The notes beneath the pieces are model-generated. The model saw only the letters and a list, made by a program, of their open reading frames with translations, searched no databases and was not told where the DNA came from. Shown here piece by piece: positions 39,440 through 50,832 of a stretch of DNA of 64,000 nucleotides. The position numbers and the translations under genes are program-made. Numbering within the stretch: position 1 is the stretch's first letter; each line of letters opens with the position of its first letter. The stretch spans positions 4,730-68,729 of the forward strand of contig CABZEU010000003.1 in assembly GCA_902524795.1 (NCBI GenBank). Direction: 5' to 3'. Source of the stretch: an uncultured Pelagibacteraceae bacterium. GTDB taxonomy: Bacteria > Pseudomonadota > Alphaproteobacteria > Pelagibacterales > AG-422-B15.

Positions 39440-40831
39440 ATGACTAAGAATAACAATAAACCCAAGGCCATTTTACCTAGAGGGTTTAAAGACAGTGAGA
39501 AACAACTCCTGACTCTCAGAAAAATAGTTACTGAGGTAATAGAGGAAGAGTGTCAAAAATTTGGATTTGTTGAATTAGAAACCTCATCCATTGAATACAC
39601 TGATAGTCTGGGCAAGTTTTTGCCTGATATAGATCGACCAAGTGGAGGAGTTTTTTCGTTACAAGACGAAGATGGTCAATGGCTATCATTACGATATGAC
39701 CTTACAGCTCCTTTAGCACGATATGTTGCACAGAATTATCAAAATTTAGTGAAGCCATTTAAAAGATATCAATCAGGAATAGTATGGAGAAATGAAAAGC
39801 CAGGGCCAGGAAGATTCAGAGAATTCTTACAATTTGATGCAGATGTTATCGGAATTCAGTCAAATCTAATCGATGCTGAATTATGCATCATTGTTGTAAA
39901 TATTTTGAGAAGGCTTGGTTTAAATGATTCTCAATTTAAAATTAAATATTCAAATAGAAAAATTTGGACAAGTCTTTTTGAGAAAATAAATGCTTCGAAA
40001 GAAGTTGAGTCAAAAATTCTTAGAGCAGTAGATAAAAAAGATCGTCTAGGTGATGAAGGTGTTAAAGAGTTATTATGTGAGGGTAGAAAAGATAAATCTG
40101 GTGATTTTATGGAAGGCGTAGGTCTTGATAATGAACAAGCACTAATGATTTTAGACTTTATGAACGATCAAAAGCAAACGAGTGATGATATTGATGAATT
40201 TAACTCTTATTTAGGGAATTTTGCAGATTATCCAATTTCATTTGACCCATCCATTGTAAGAGGATTGGATTACTACACAGGTATGATCTTTGAAGCTGAA
40301 TTATTAATTGATGTAAAAAATACAAAAGGTGAAACTATAGTTTTTGGATCAGTGGCGGGAGGAGGAAGATATGACAAACTGATATCAAGATTTGGGAAAG
40401 AGAACGTTCCTGCTACTGGAATTTCTGTTGGTGTTGACAGGCTTATTGTCGCTCTAGAGCAGTTGGATCTCATTAAAGCTAAATCGAGACCTTTAGTAAT
40501 TGTAGCAAATTTAGGAGATAATAACTTATCCGAGTATATAAGAATGGCATCTGAAATTAGAGATGCAGGCATGGCCTGCGAGATTTCTTTTGGCTCAAAA
40601 AACTTAGCTAAGCAACTTAAATATTGCGATCGCAAGCAAGCTGATGCAGTTGTAATTGCAGGTGATGATGAAATTAAAAATAATAAAATATCACTTAAAG
40701 ATCTAAAAAAGGGAAGTGAGATTTCAAAAAATATAACTGGGCGTGAAGAATGGAAAGAAACTAAAGCAGGTCAAAAAGAAGTAATTAGAGAGAATTTAGT
40801 AAGCACTCTAAAGGAAATACTAAATTTTTGA
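39440..40831 (+). CDS. hisS: Histidyl-tRNA synthetase
   Basis: 463 aa class II aaRS. LRYDLTAPLARYV, WRNEKPGPGRFREFLQFDADVIG, GGGRYDKLISRFG. C-terminal anticodon-binding domain. Confidence 0.93.
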   Translation: MTKNNNKPKAILPRGFKDSEKQLLTLRKIVTEVIEEECQKFGFVELETSSIEYTDSLGKFLPDIDRPSGGVFSLQDEDGQWLSLRYDLTAPLARYVAQNYQNLVKPFKRYQSGIVWRNEKPGPGRFREFLQFDADVIGIQSNLIDAELCIIVVNILRRLGLNDSQFKIKYSNRKIWTSLFEKINASKEVESKILRAVDKKDRLGDEGVKELLCEGRKDKSGDFMEGVGLDNEQALMILDFMNDQKQTSDDIDEFNSYLGNFADYPISFDPSIVRGLDYYTGMIFEAELLIDVKNTKGETIVFGSVAGGGRYDKLISRFGKENVPATGISVGVDRLIVALEQLDLIKAKSRPLVIVANLGDNNLSEYIRMASEIRDAGMACEISFGSKNLAKQLKYCDRKQADAVVIAGDDEIKNNKISLKDLKKGSEISKNITGREEWKETKAGQKEVIRENLVSTLKEILNF

Positions 40832-40834
40832 GCT

Positions 40835-41962
40835 ATGTCGCTGCAGGAATTAAATATTAGATTAAAAGATTATTTTATTGATTTAGGATTTCAATATATA
40901 GAGCTTCCTTTGGTTCATGACTCCGAAATTTTTTATGAAACATCGGGTGAAGAAATCAGAAGTCAGATGTATTCTTTTATAGACGGTTCAGGCAAGGAAA
41001 AATGTCTGAGACCAGATATGACGATCCCTACGTGTCAAAGTTTTATTAAAAGTAATGATAAAAAAAGTGACGCTAATTTATGCTATAGTGGACCAGTATT
41101 TAGGTCAACCAATGGAATAAATGATGCATCAATTGAATTAAACCAATCAGGGGTTGAAATTATTTTTACAGAAAAAAAGCTAAAAACTATTTATGAAAAA
41201 GATATTTATACGCTTAAAACGGCAGTCAAAATTTTAGAAAAATTAAATATTAATGAATATCAAATTAAAATAGGCAGTCTAAACCTCTTTAATAGTTTTA
41301 TAAGTTATTTAGATTTACCGATCAGGTGGAAACAGAGAATTGTCAGGCATTTTTTTAGAAGAACATATTTTGATAGTTTGTTAAATCGATTAGGGCAAGG
41401 CGTCGGTTATGACGAATTGAAAAAAGGTAAAATTATCAATGAAAAACTTGGTTTGAATGCCAATTCAAGTGCAAATTTGGTTGATCTGATTAATTCCAAT
41501 AGTAATACTGGTTTAGGCTCAAGGACAGTTGAAGAAATCGTCAACCGATTTCAGGAGAAAAGTGAGATCATCGTCTCTGAAAGCAATGGAAAACAAATTG
41601 TAAATCTGATTAAGAATTTTTTAGGTTTAAACGCTTCTCTTGATACTTTTCCAAATATTTTAAAAGAGTTTGTAAGTTATCAAAAGCTTGATTTTTTTAA
41701 AAAAGAGATTGATGGCATTGAAGAATTCAAGAACGCCGTCTCGTCTGAAATGGATATATCTAAATTTAATTTCAACAATGATTTTGGACATTCAATTGAA
41801 TTTTATGATGGAGTCATGTTCGAAATCTATGATCAATCAGGCAATTTAAAGTTAATAACTGGTGGAAGATACGATAAGTTACTTAATATATTAGGGTCCA
41901 AAAACAATCTGTCAGCTATAGGGTTTGCAACAAATAATAATAACTTAAGTAAAATTATATAG
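40835..41962 (+). CDS. hisZ: ATP phosphoribosyltransferase regulatory subunit (HisRS paralogue)
   Basis: 375 aa. HisRS-like catalytic core (CLRPDMTIPTCQSF, ITGGRYDKLL) without an anticodon-binding domain. Sits between hisS and a short-form hisG. Confidence 0.85.
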   Translation: MSLQELNIRLKDYFIDLGFQYIELPLVHDSEIFYETSGEEIRSQMYSFIDGSGKEKCLRPDMTIPTCQSFIKSNDKKSDANLCYSGPVFRSTNGINDASIELNQSGVEIIFTEKKLKTIYEKDIYTLKTAVKILEKLNINEYQIKIGSLNLFNSFISYLDLPIRWKQRIVRHFFRRTYFDSLLNRLGQGVGYDELKKGKIINEKLGLNANSSANLVDLINSNSNTGLGSRTVEEIVNRFQEKSEIIVSESNGKQIVNLIKNFLGLNASLDTFPNILKEFVSYQKLDFFKKEIDGIEEFKNAVSSEMDISKFNFNNDFGHSIEFYDGVMFEIYDQSGNLKLITGGRYDKLLNILGSKNNLSAIGFATNNNNLSKII

Positions 41963-41964
41963 TC

Positions 41965-42666
41965 ATGAAATTTGAAAATAAATTAAGGATAGGACTACCT
42001 AGCAAAGGCAGGTTAAGAAAAGATATGGAGAAACTTTTTCTAGATAAAAATATTGCTTTTGAAAATCTTGTAAATGATAGAGATTATATTGGTACAATAA
42101 GGGGACAAAAAGATACAGTTCTATATTTTTTAAGCGCTAAAGAAATTACCAATAGACTTGATGAGGGATCAATCCATGCAGGCTTAACCGGTGATGACCT
42201 GATACAAGAAAAAATTTTCAATTTTAATTCAAAAATAACAAAAGATCTGGAGTTAGATTTTGGAAAAGCGGATCTGGTTGTTGCCGTACCGGATATTTGG
42301 ATTGATGTAATGACGATGGCTGATTTGGAAGAAGTGAGCAATAATCACAGAGATAAATATTCAAAAAGGTTGCGTGTAGCAACTAAATATAAGAATTTAA
42401 CAAATAATTTCTTTTCTAAATGTGGAGTTGTTGATTATAGAACTGTTGAAAGTGACGGTTCTACCGAAAGTGCGCCTTTCAATGGTTTTTCAGAAATCAT
42501 CACTGATATAACATCAACAGGTGAAACACTAAGGGCTAACAACTTAAGAGTTCTTGATGATGGCATAATCCTGAAATCATCAGCTAATATCTTTTCTTCA
42601 AAAGTTGCGGAGTGGGATAAAGAAATAGAAAATAATTATAAAAATTTTATCAATAAGTTTGAATAA
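41965..42666 (+). CDS. hisG: ATP phosphoribosyltransferase, short form
   Basis: 233 aa. LRIGLPSKGRL N-terminus and DITSTGETLRANNL motif. Confidence 0.9.
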   Translation: MKFENKLRIGLPSKGRLRKDMEKLFLDKNIAFENLVNDRDYIGTIRGQKDTVLYFLSAKEITNRLDEGSIHAGLTGDDLIQEKIFNFNSKITKDLELDFGKADLVVAVPDIWIDVMTMADLEEVSNNHRDKYSKRLRVATKYKNLTNNFFSKCGVVDYRTVESDGSTESAPFNGFSEIITDITSTGETLRANNLRVLDDGIILKSSANIFSSKVAEWDKEIENNYKNFINKFE

Positions 42667-42693
42667 AAAAAACCCGGCGAGGCCGGGTTTTTT
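42665..42693. terminator. Bidirectional intrinsic terminator between hisG (+) and groEL (-)
   Basis: A8-CCCGGC-GAG-GCCGGG-T6. GC-only 6-bp stem (42673-42678 pairs with 42682-42687) flanked by an A-run and a T-run, so it is usable from both strands. Confidence 0.8.
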
Positions 42694-42714
42694 AGTGTTT
42701 ATCGTAAATGATTA

Positions 42715-44367
<1,653 letters not shown>

Positions 44368-44388
44368 TTATTCTCCTTGATTTAAGAT

Positions 44389-44709
44389 TTATTTCTTCTT
44401 TTTTGATTTTGATTTTGATTTCTTTTCAATTACACCCATGATGTCAGACTCTTTCATGATGCATAGTTCTTCTCCGTCAATTTTGACCTCGGTGCCAGAC
44501 CATTTTCCAAATAAGACAATATCTCCAGCTTTTAAATCTAATGGTGTGACTTTTCCATCTTCAGATTTTGTTCCTGACCCGACAGCAACTATCTGTCCTT
44601 CTTGCGGCTTTTCTTGAGCTGTGTCAGGAATGATAATCCCCCCAGCAGTTTTTTCTTCAGTATCTAATCTCCTTACGAGAACACGATCATGTAAAGGTCG
44701 AAAATCCAT
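44389..44709 (-). CDS. groES: Co-chaperonin GroES with Lys/Ser-rich C-terminal extension
   Basis: [12 protein letters not shown]...[24 protein letters not shown] core. Strong AGGAG Shine-Dalgarno sequence upstream. Extra tail [11 protein letters not shown]. Confidence 0.95.
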   Translation of the reverse strand: MDFRPLHDRVLVRRLDTEEKTAGGIIIPDTAQEKPQEGQIVAVGSGTKSEDGKVTPLDLKAGDIVLFGKWSGTEVKIDGEELCIMKESDIMGVIEKKSKSKSKKKK

Positions 44710-44756
44710 TTTTTAATCTCCTAAATATTTAAAGTCTATTGCTTAATTACCTAGGC

Positions 44757-44785
44757 ATATAGTGATCTCGTGCGTATGTGTCAAG
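44757..44785 (-). promoter_or_regulatory. Candidate sigma-32 (RpoH)-type heat-shock promoter of groESL
   Basis: On the minus strand: CCCTCTTGAC, a 15-nt spacer, then CACTATAT. Compare the E. coli sigma-32 consensus CCCTTGAA-N13-17-CCCCATNT. This is a locally GC-rich island about 47 nt upstream of the groES ATG. No CIRCE inverted repeat is present. Confidence 0.45.
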
Positions 44786-44848
44786 AGGGTCCTCAAAAAC
44801 GAATAATTATAAAAGATGATAAAAAATGCTTATTTTACAACATTTTTA

Positions 44849-45619
44849 CTACTGTTCAGACTCTCCACCGTCTATAACTATATTTTGTCCAGTCATGAAC
44901 GAGCCTGCCTCAGAGGCAAGATAAACAGCGGCTCCTGCGATTTCATCAGGCATGCCAATTCTTTTGAGCGCTGATTTCGCTGTTGTTACCCTCAAAATGT
45001 CTTCATTTTCCCAAAGTGCACGTGCAAAATCAGTCTTGATTAGCCCTGGAGATATACAATTTGCTCTAATATTATTTCTGCCATATTCCACAGAAATATT
45101 CCTTGCTAACTGAGAGTCAGCGGCCTTGCTAATAGCATAAGCGCCTAACATGCTGCTTCCATGCAGACCTGCTATTGATGAAATTATAATAATAGAACCA
45201 CTTTTTATTTTTACCATATCGGGCAATATTTCGTTACATAGCCAAAAATTACTCTGTACATTTGATTTCATTATTTTTTCAAATGCTTCATCTGGTATGT
45301 TGTTAGATGGCCCAAAATATGGATTTACAGCCGCGTTGCATACTAAAGTTGTTATACTTCCACAAAACTCCTTTGATTTAACATACAAGTTTTTTAATTG
45401 TTCTTTGTCAGAAATATTACATGATATTGCTGTAGCGGTATCCTTACCAAACGTACTATTAATTTCTTCAGCAACGTTCTCGCATGCATCAATTTTGCGA
45501 CTTGTTATTATTACTTTGGCGCCATGCTCCGCCATTCGATATGCAATAGCCTTACCAATGCCACGTGAAGATCCAGTGATAATTGCATTTTTATCTTTTA
45601 AATCAAAAAGTGATGTCAT
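44849..45619 (-). CDS. Short-chain dehydrogenase/reductase (SDR) family oxidoreductase
   Basis: TGSSRGIGKAIA cofactor motif and YAISKAA catalytic motif. 256 aa. Confidence 0.85.
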   Translation of the reverse strand: MTSLFDLKDKNAIITGSSRGIGKAIAYRMAEHGAKVIITSRKIDACENVAEEINSTFGKDTATAISCNISDKEQLKNLYVKSKEFCGSITTLVCNAAVNPYFGPSNNIPDEAFEKIMKSNVQSNFWLCNEILPDMVKIKSGSIIIISSIAGLHGSSMLGAYAISKAADSQLARNISVEYGRNNIRANCISPGLIKTDFARALWENEDILRVTTAKSALKRIGMPDEIAGAAVYLASEAGSFMTGQNIVIDGGESEQ

Positions 45620-45680
45620 TTAATTACGAACTGATTTAAAAAAAAGATTATAAGTTAATAAAATAATTTCAATATAAAAT

Positions 45681-46547
45681 ATGAATATTAATAAAATTAA
45701 TAGTGTTGAGAGTTATTCACTATCCTATAAAGCAATTTTATGTGATCTCTGGGGAGTAATTCATAATGGTGTTGAAATTTATGCTGGCGCTCTCACTTAT
45801 CTTGAACGCATGAAGGAGCATGGAATTGATGTTTATTTGATTTCTAATGCCCCGCGTCCTAATTATGTTGTTCAGGAGGGTTTGACAAATAAACTTGGAC
45901 TTAATCCCGATCTTTATAAACATATTTATACCTCTGGAGATATAGGAACGAAGTTTGTTAATAAAAAAATTCATGGTGAAAGTTATTTTCATCTAGGCCC
46001 AACTAAGGACTATGATCTATTAGAAAATATAAATATTAGTAAGGTAGATAGTATTAATGAGGCAGATTTCATTTTAACAACAGGACTTTACGATGACAGT
46101 TTTGAAACTCCTAAAGATTATAATGATTTATTTAATGACTTCATGGAGAAAGAAAAACCTATTGTATGTGTAAATCCTGATGAAATTGTTTATCGAGGAG
46201 TAAACTCTATTTTTTGTGCTGGAGCTTTATGCAAATATTATGAAAAACTTGGTGGTAAAGTAGTATATTATGGAAAACCATACGTTGAAATTTATGACCA
46301 AGCTTTTCAAGATTTGAAAAATATGAATAATATTGAAAATAAGTCAGATATCCTTGCAATCGGGGACAGTATCAAAACCGACTGTCTTGGCGCACAAAAC
46401 TTTAATTTGGATTTTGTCTTTATCATGAATGGTATACATAAGGATCAAATATCAGGTAAAAATAACATTGAAGATATTAGCAATCTTGTGGAAAATATTC
46501 TTTCAAGAGATACAAAAGAAATCACAGTTTCTGATTTTCTAAAGTGA
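45681..46547 (+). CDS. HAD-superfamily subfamily IIA hydrolase
   Basis: AILCDLWGVIHNG (DxxG nucleophile motif), SNAPR and GDSIKTD. Positioned upstream of ribF, as in many alphaproteobacteria. Confidence 0.75.
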   Translation: MNINKINSVESYSLSYKAILCDLWGVIHNGVEIYAGALTYLERMKEHGIDVYLISNAPRPNYVVQEGLTNKLGLNPDLYKHIYTSGDIGTKFVNKKIHGESYFHLGPTKDYDLLENINISKVDSINEADFILTTGLYDDSFETPKDYNDLFNDFMEKEKPIVCVNPDEIVYRGVNSIFCAGALCKYYEKLGGKVVYYGKPYVEIYDQAFQDLKNMNNIENKSDILAIGDSIKTDCLGAQNFNLDFVFIMNGIHKDQISGKNNIEDISNLVENILSRDTKEITVSDFLK

Positions 46548-46553
46548 AATAAA

Positions 46554-47513
46554 GTGAAAATATTTAAAGATCTTAAAAAGACGCATAATTTTACGAAAGA
46601 CTCTATCCTAATAATTGGTAACCTTGATGGTGTTCATAAAGGTCACCAATCAATTATATCGTTAGCCAAGAAACTTAGTAAAAAAAAAGATGCAAAAGTT
46701 GGAGTATTGCTTTTTGATCCTCATCCTAGGAGGTATTTTGAAAAAGATATTAAAGGTTTTTTATTAACACAGGTTGATACGCGTCTAGAAATTTTTAAAT
46801 CCTATAAAATTGATTATGCGATTGTCTTAAAGTTTAATAAGAGCATTGCAACAATGACGCCTAAATTATTTTGTAAGAAAATTCTTTTTTCAGGCATAGC
46901 TATGAAGAATATTTTTGTTGGTAAAAATTTTAGGTTTGGCAATAAAAGATCTGGCGACTATCGGTTTCTATCAAATTTTGGAAAAGAACATTCATTTAAT
47001 GTGACACCCATAAATTTAGTGAAAACAAATAAAATCCTTCACAAAAAAACAAAAATGAAAATTTACTCTTCATCAAACATAAGAGCTTTAATTCAAAAAG
47101 GAGAGGTGAAACTTGCCAACAAATTTCTTGGGGTGCCGTTTACAATTGTCTCTAGAGTAATGAAAGGTGATCAAAGGGGGCGAACAATAGGAGTTCCAAC
47201 AGCAAACCTTAAAATTGATGAATATATTCAGCCTAACCATGGGGTTTATGCTGTTCGTGCAAAAGTAATGAATAAGAGTGCAAAGGGAAAGAATTATAAG
47301 GGAATTGCCAATTTTGGAGTCAGACCGACTTTTGATAAAAATAAGCCCTTATTAGAGGTTCACTTGTTTAATTTTAATTTGAATATTTATAATTCTTCAT
47401 TAAAAGTAGAATTTATTGACTTTATAAGGAAAGAAAAAAAGTTTTCTGGAATAGATTCATTAAAAAATCAATTGATAATAGATATATCCAAAGCTAAGAA
47501 AATCTTAAATTAA
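46554..47513 (+). CDS. ribF: Bifunctional riboflavin kinase / FAD synthetase
   Basis: GTG start. GNLDGVHKGHQ, GDQRGRTIGVPTAN, and GVRPTF with LEVHLFNF. Confidence 0.9.
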   Translation: MKIFKDLKKTHNFTKDSILIIGNLDGVHKGHQSIISLAKKLSKKKDAKVGVLLFDPHPRRYFEKDIKGFLLTQVDTRLEIFKSYKIDYAIVLKFNKSIATMTPKLFCKKILFSGIAMKNIFVGKNFRFGNKRSGDYRFLSNFGKEHSFNVTPINLVKTNKILHKKTKMKIYSSSNIRALIQKGEVKLANKFLGVPFTIVSRVMKGDQRGRTIGVPTANLKIDEYIQPNHGVYAVRAKVMNKSAKGKNYKGIANFGVRPTFDKNKPLLEVHLFNFNLNIYNSSLKVEFIDFIRKEKKFSGIDSLKNQLIIDISKAKKILN

Positions 47514-47517
47514 TAAA

Positions 47518-50328
47518 ATGACCGCTAAAAATGATAAAATAGATTTTAGTGAAACTTTGTTTTTACCTAAAACTTCCTTTGCTATGCGGGCGGGGCTGCC
47601 TGAACAAGAGCCAAGCATATTAGAGAATTGGGATAAAAATAATCTTTATCAAAAATTAAGAAACAATTCGAAAGACAGAAAGAAATTTGTACTTCATGAT
47701 GGCCCACCATATGCAAATGGCCATCTTCATATGGGGCACGCTTTAAATAAAGTTTTAAAAGATTTTGTTGTTCGGTCACAGCAAATGCTTGGGCACAATA
47801 GTTCATATATTCCTGGCTGGGACTGTCATGGTCTCCCGATAGAGTGGAAGATTGAAGAACAATATCGAGAAAAAGGAAAAGATAAAGATGAAGTAGATAT
47901 CATTCAGTTTAGAAAAGAATGCAGGGAATTTGCTAAAAAGTGGATTGATATTCAGAGATCGGAATTTATTAGGCTAGGAGTAACTGGAGATTGGTTCAAT
48001 CCCTACACTACAATGTCTTACGAAGCTGAGTCTACAATTGTGAAGGAGTTTTTCAAATTTTTGGAGAATGAGAGTTTATATCGTGGCTCTAAACCAGTTA
48101 TGTGGTCAACAGTTGAAAAGACCGCATTAGCTGAAGCTGAAATAGAATATAAAGAACATAAATCGATAACAATTTTTGTAAAATTTCCAGTTATTTCTTC
48201 ACTAGAAAATAATGAAGTAAATACGTCGGTTATTATTTGGACTACAACTCCATGGACTATACCAGCAAATCGAGCCATAGCCTTCAGTAAAAATATAAGT
48301 TATTCAATTTATTCTGTTAATGGATTAGAAGAAAACAGTCTACTAAATGAAGGAGATCAAATTATTATTGCTGATGAATTGATAGACAATGTAAGAATTC
48401 AGTGCAAAGTAAAAGAGCTTACAAAAATTAGAGCAATTAAAGACTTAGATCAAATAATCTGTGGGCATCCTTTTAGAGATTCAGGGTATGATTTTGAAGT
48501 TAAATTATTTGATGCTGATTTTGTAACTTTAGAACAAGGAAGTGGATTTGTTCATATAGCCCCAGGTCACGGAGCGGATGATTATAATTTAGGCATTGCA
48601 AATAATGTGGAAGTTCCGGAAACGGTGGATGAGAATGGTCAATATTTTGACCATGTTCCCCTTTTTAAAGGCAAAAAAGTATTTAATGATGATGGCTCTG
48701 ATGCAGATGCAAATGTAGCAGTGATCGTTGAGCTTAAAAATCATAATAACCTTGCAGGCAAAGGATCACTCAGGCACAGCTATCCTCATTCGTGGAGATC
48801 TAAAGCTCCTGTCATATTTAGAAATACTCCTCAGTGGTTTATTAGTATGGAAAAGAATGGATTAAGGTCAACGGCACTTAATGAAATAGATAAAGTTAAT
48901 TGGTTCCCTAAACAAGGTAAGAATAGAATATATTCGATGATTGAAGATAGACCTGATTGGGTTGTTTCAAGGCAAAGAGCTTGGGGTGTTCCGTTATCTA
49001 TATTTTACCATATAGAAACAGGACAACCTTTAATGGATAAAGAAATTAATCAAAAAATAATTGATTTGTATAGAGAAGAAGGATCAGACGCTTGGTTTAA
49101 ATACTCAAAAGAAAAATTGTTGGGAGATAAGTACGATCCAAATGATTATAAAAAAGTTAATGATATTCTTGATGTTTGGTTTGATTCTGGCTGTACTCAT
49201 TCCTTTGTTTTAGATGAAAAGGAAGATCAAATGTGGCCTGCATCTCTTTATTTAGAAGGCACTGATCAACATAGAGGATGGTTTCACTCCTCACTTTTGG
49301 AGTCATGTGGTACCAGAGGGATTGCCCCTTATGAGTCGGTCTTGACGCATGGCTTTGTTCTTCACGAAGATGGATTAAAAATGAGCAAGTCTTCAGCTAA
49401 TATAGTTTCACCTGATGAAATTATAAATAAATCTGGGGCAGATATTTTAAGGTTATGGGTTGCAAGCAGCGATTATTCTGAAGACCTAAAAATAGGGCCA
49501 GAGATAATGAAGAGTAATGTAGATAGCTACAGGAGACTGAGGAATACATTACGTTTCATTCTTGGAAACTTATCCGAATTTAGTGATAATGAAAAAATTT
49601 CACATGCAGAACTTAGTGAGCTTGATCAATATGTATTATCTCAGTTAGAGGAGTTAAAAAAAGAAGTATTAGAAAATTATAAAATATTTGAATATCAAAA
49701 AGTATTTTCAGCAATATTTAATTTTTGTACAAATGATCTATCTTCATTTTATTTTGATATAAAAAAAGATGCTTTGTATTGCGAGGCACAGGACAGTCAT
49801 ATCAGAAAGTCCACTCGAACAGTATTAGATAAGTTATTCTATAATTTGCTTAGTTTACTAGCACCCATCCTTTGCTTCACTGCTGAAGAGGCTTGGCAAA
49901 GTAGGCTTGGAAAAGAATCGAGTGTTCATGAGGTTGATTTTCCGGCTTTAGAGAGCAATTTGATAAATGAAGATTTAACAAAAAAATGGGAATTATATAA
50001 GCAACTGCGTAAAGCAATAAATGGTGCAATTGAGGTAAAGAGAAAAGAAAAAGTTATTGGTTCAAGTCTTGAAGCGTCTGTAATGCTTTACTCAATTAAA
50101 AGTTTTAATGAAATTGATAGTGATACACTTAAAAATATATCAATAATTAGTGAATTAATAATTTTAAATGAATCACCACCAGAAAACTCATACATATCTG
50201 ATTCAGATAAGGATGTAGGTATTGTAGTTGAGAAAGTTGATGGCAATAAGTGTGAGAGATGCTGGAAATATTATCCAAATTTATTTAAAGATATGTGTGC
50301 ACGATGTGAGCAAGTTGTTTGTAAATAA
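47518..50328 (+). CDS. ileS: Isoleucyl-tRNA synthetase
   Basis: 936 aa. HIGH-type PYANGHLHMGHA, KMSKS. C-terminal Zn-finger CERCWKY...CARCEQV. Confidence 0.97.
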   Translation: MTAKNDKIDFSETLFLPKTSFAMRAGLPEQEPSILENWDKNNLYQKLRNNSKDRKKFVLHDGPPYANGHLHMGHALNKVLKDFVVRSQQMLGHNSSYIPGWDCHGLPIEWKIEEQYREKGKDKDEVDIIQFRKECREFAKKWIDIQRSEFIRLGVTGDWFNPYTTMSYEAESTIVKEFFKFLENESLYRGSKPVMWSTVEKTALAEAEIEYKEHKSITIFVKFPVISSLENNEVNTSVIIWTTTPWTIPANRAIAFSKNISYSIYSVNGLEENSLLNEGDQIIIADELIDNVRIQCKVKELTKIRAIKDLDQIICGHPFRDSGYDFEVKLFDADFVTLEQGSGFVHIAPGHGADDYNLGIANNVEVPETVDENGQYFDHVPLFKGKKVFNDDGSDADANVAVIVELKNHNNLAGKGSLRHSYPHSWRSKAPVIFRNTPQWFISMEKNGLRSTALNEIDKVNWFPKQGKNRIYSMIEDRPDWVVSRQRAWGVPLSIFYHIETGQPLMDKEINQKIIDLYREEGSDAWFKYSKEKLLGDKYDPNDYKKVNDILDVWFDSGCTHSFVLDEKEDQMWPASLYLEGTDQHRGWFHSSLLESCGTRGIAPYESVLTHGFVLHEDGLKMSKSSANIVSPDEIINKSGADILRLWVASSDYSEDLKIGPEIMKSNVDSYRRLRNTLRFILGNLSEFSDNEKISHAELSELDQYVLSQLEELKKEVLENYKIFEYQKVFSAIFNFCTNDLSSFYFDIKKDALYCEAQDSHIRKSTRTVLDKLFYNLLSLLAPILCFTAEEAWQSRLGKESSVHEVDFPALESNLINEDLTKKWELYKQLRKAINGAIEVKRKEKVIGSSLEASVMLYSIKSFNEIDSDTLKNISIISELIILNESPPENSYISDSDKDVGIVVEKVDGNKCERCWKYYPNLFKDMCARCEQVVCK

Positions 50329-50832
50329 ATGATTTATAAACTTTCTAAATTTTTTTTATTGATTTTATTTTTTTTTTCTCTTGATCAAATAAGTAAAAAT
50401 ATAATTATACATCTTTACAACATTGATGTTGAAAACCTTAGTTCTCAATATTTAACTTCAATCAATGAATACTTAAACTTATATTTAATTTGGAATAAAG
50501 GCTTCGCCTTTGGCTTATTTCAAAATGACATAACGACTGTAAATAATATTTATATGATTTTAATGGCTGTAATTATTATTGTGGTGTTCATTTACGCCTT
50601 AACTATTAATAGCAAAGTTTATTATTATGGATTTAGTTTAATAATTGGAGGTGCATTAGGCAATCTTTTTGATCGTTATCAGTATGCAGCAGTATTGGAT
50701 TTTATTGACGTGCATTATAATAATTTCCATTGGTATGTATTTAATATTGCTGATATAAATATAACTCTTGGATGTATCCTAATAATAATTTTAGAATTGT
50801 TTTCAAATAGAAAGAAAAAAAATGAAATATAA
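50329..50832 (+). CDS. lspA: Lipoprotein signal peptidase (signal peptidase II)
   Basis: 167 aa. NKGFAFG, GGALGNLFDR and VLDFID...FNIAD motifs. Abuts the ileS stop. Confidence 0.9.
   Translation: MIYKLSKFFLLILFFFSLDQISKNIIIHLYNIDVENLSSQYLTSINEYLNLYLIWNKGFAFGLFQNDITTVNNIYMILMAVIIIVVFIYALTINSKVYYYGFSLIIGGALGNLFDRYQYAAVLDFIDVHYNNFHWYVFNIADINITLGCILIIILELFSNRKKKNEI

Noticed and set aside
45150-45623. 157-aa + strand ORF
   Set aside because: It lies entirely antisense to the SDR gene, whose motifs (TGxxxGIG, YxxxK) are clear. It is a shadow ORF.
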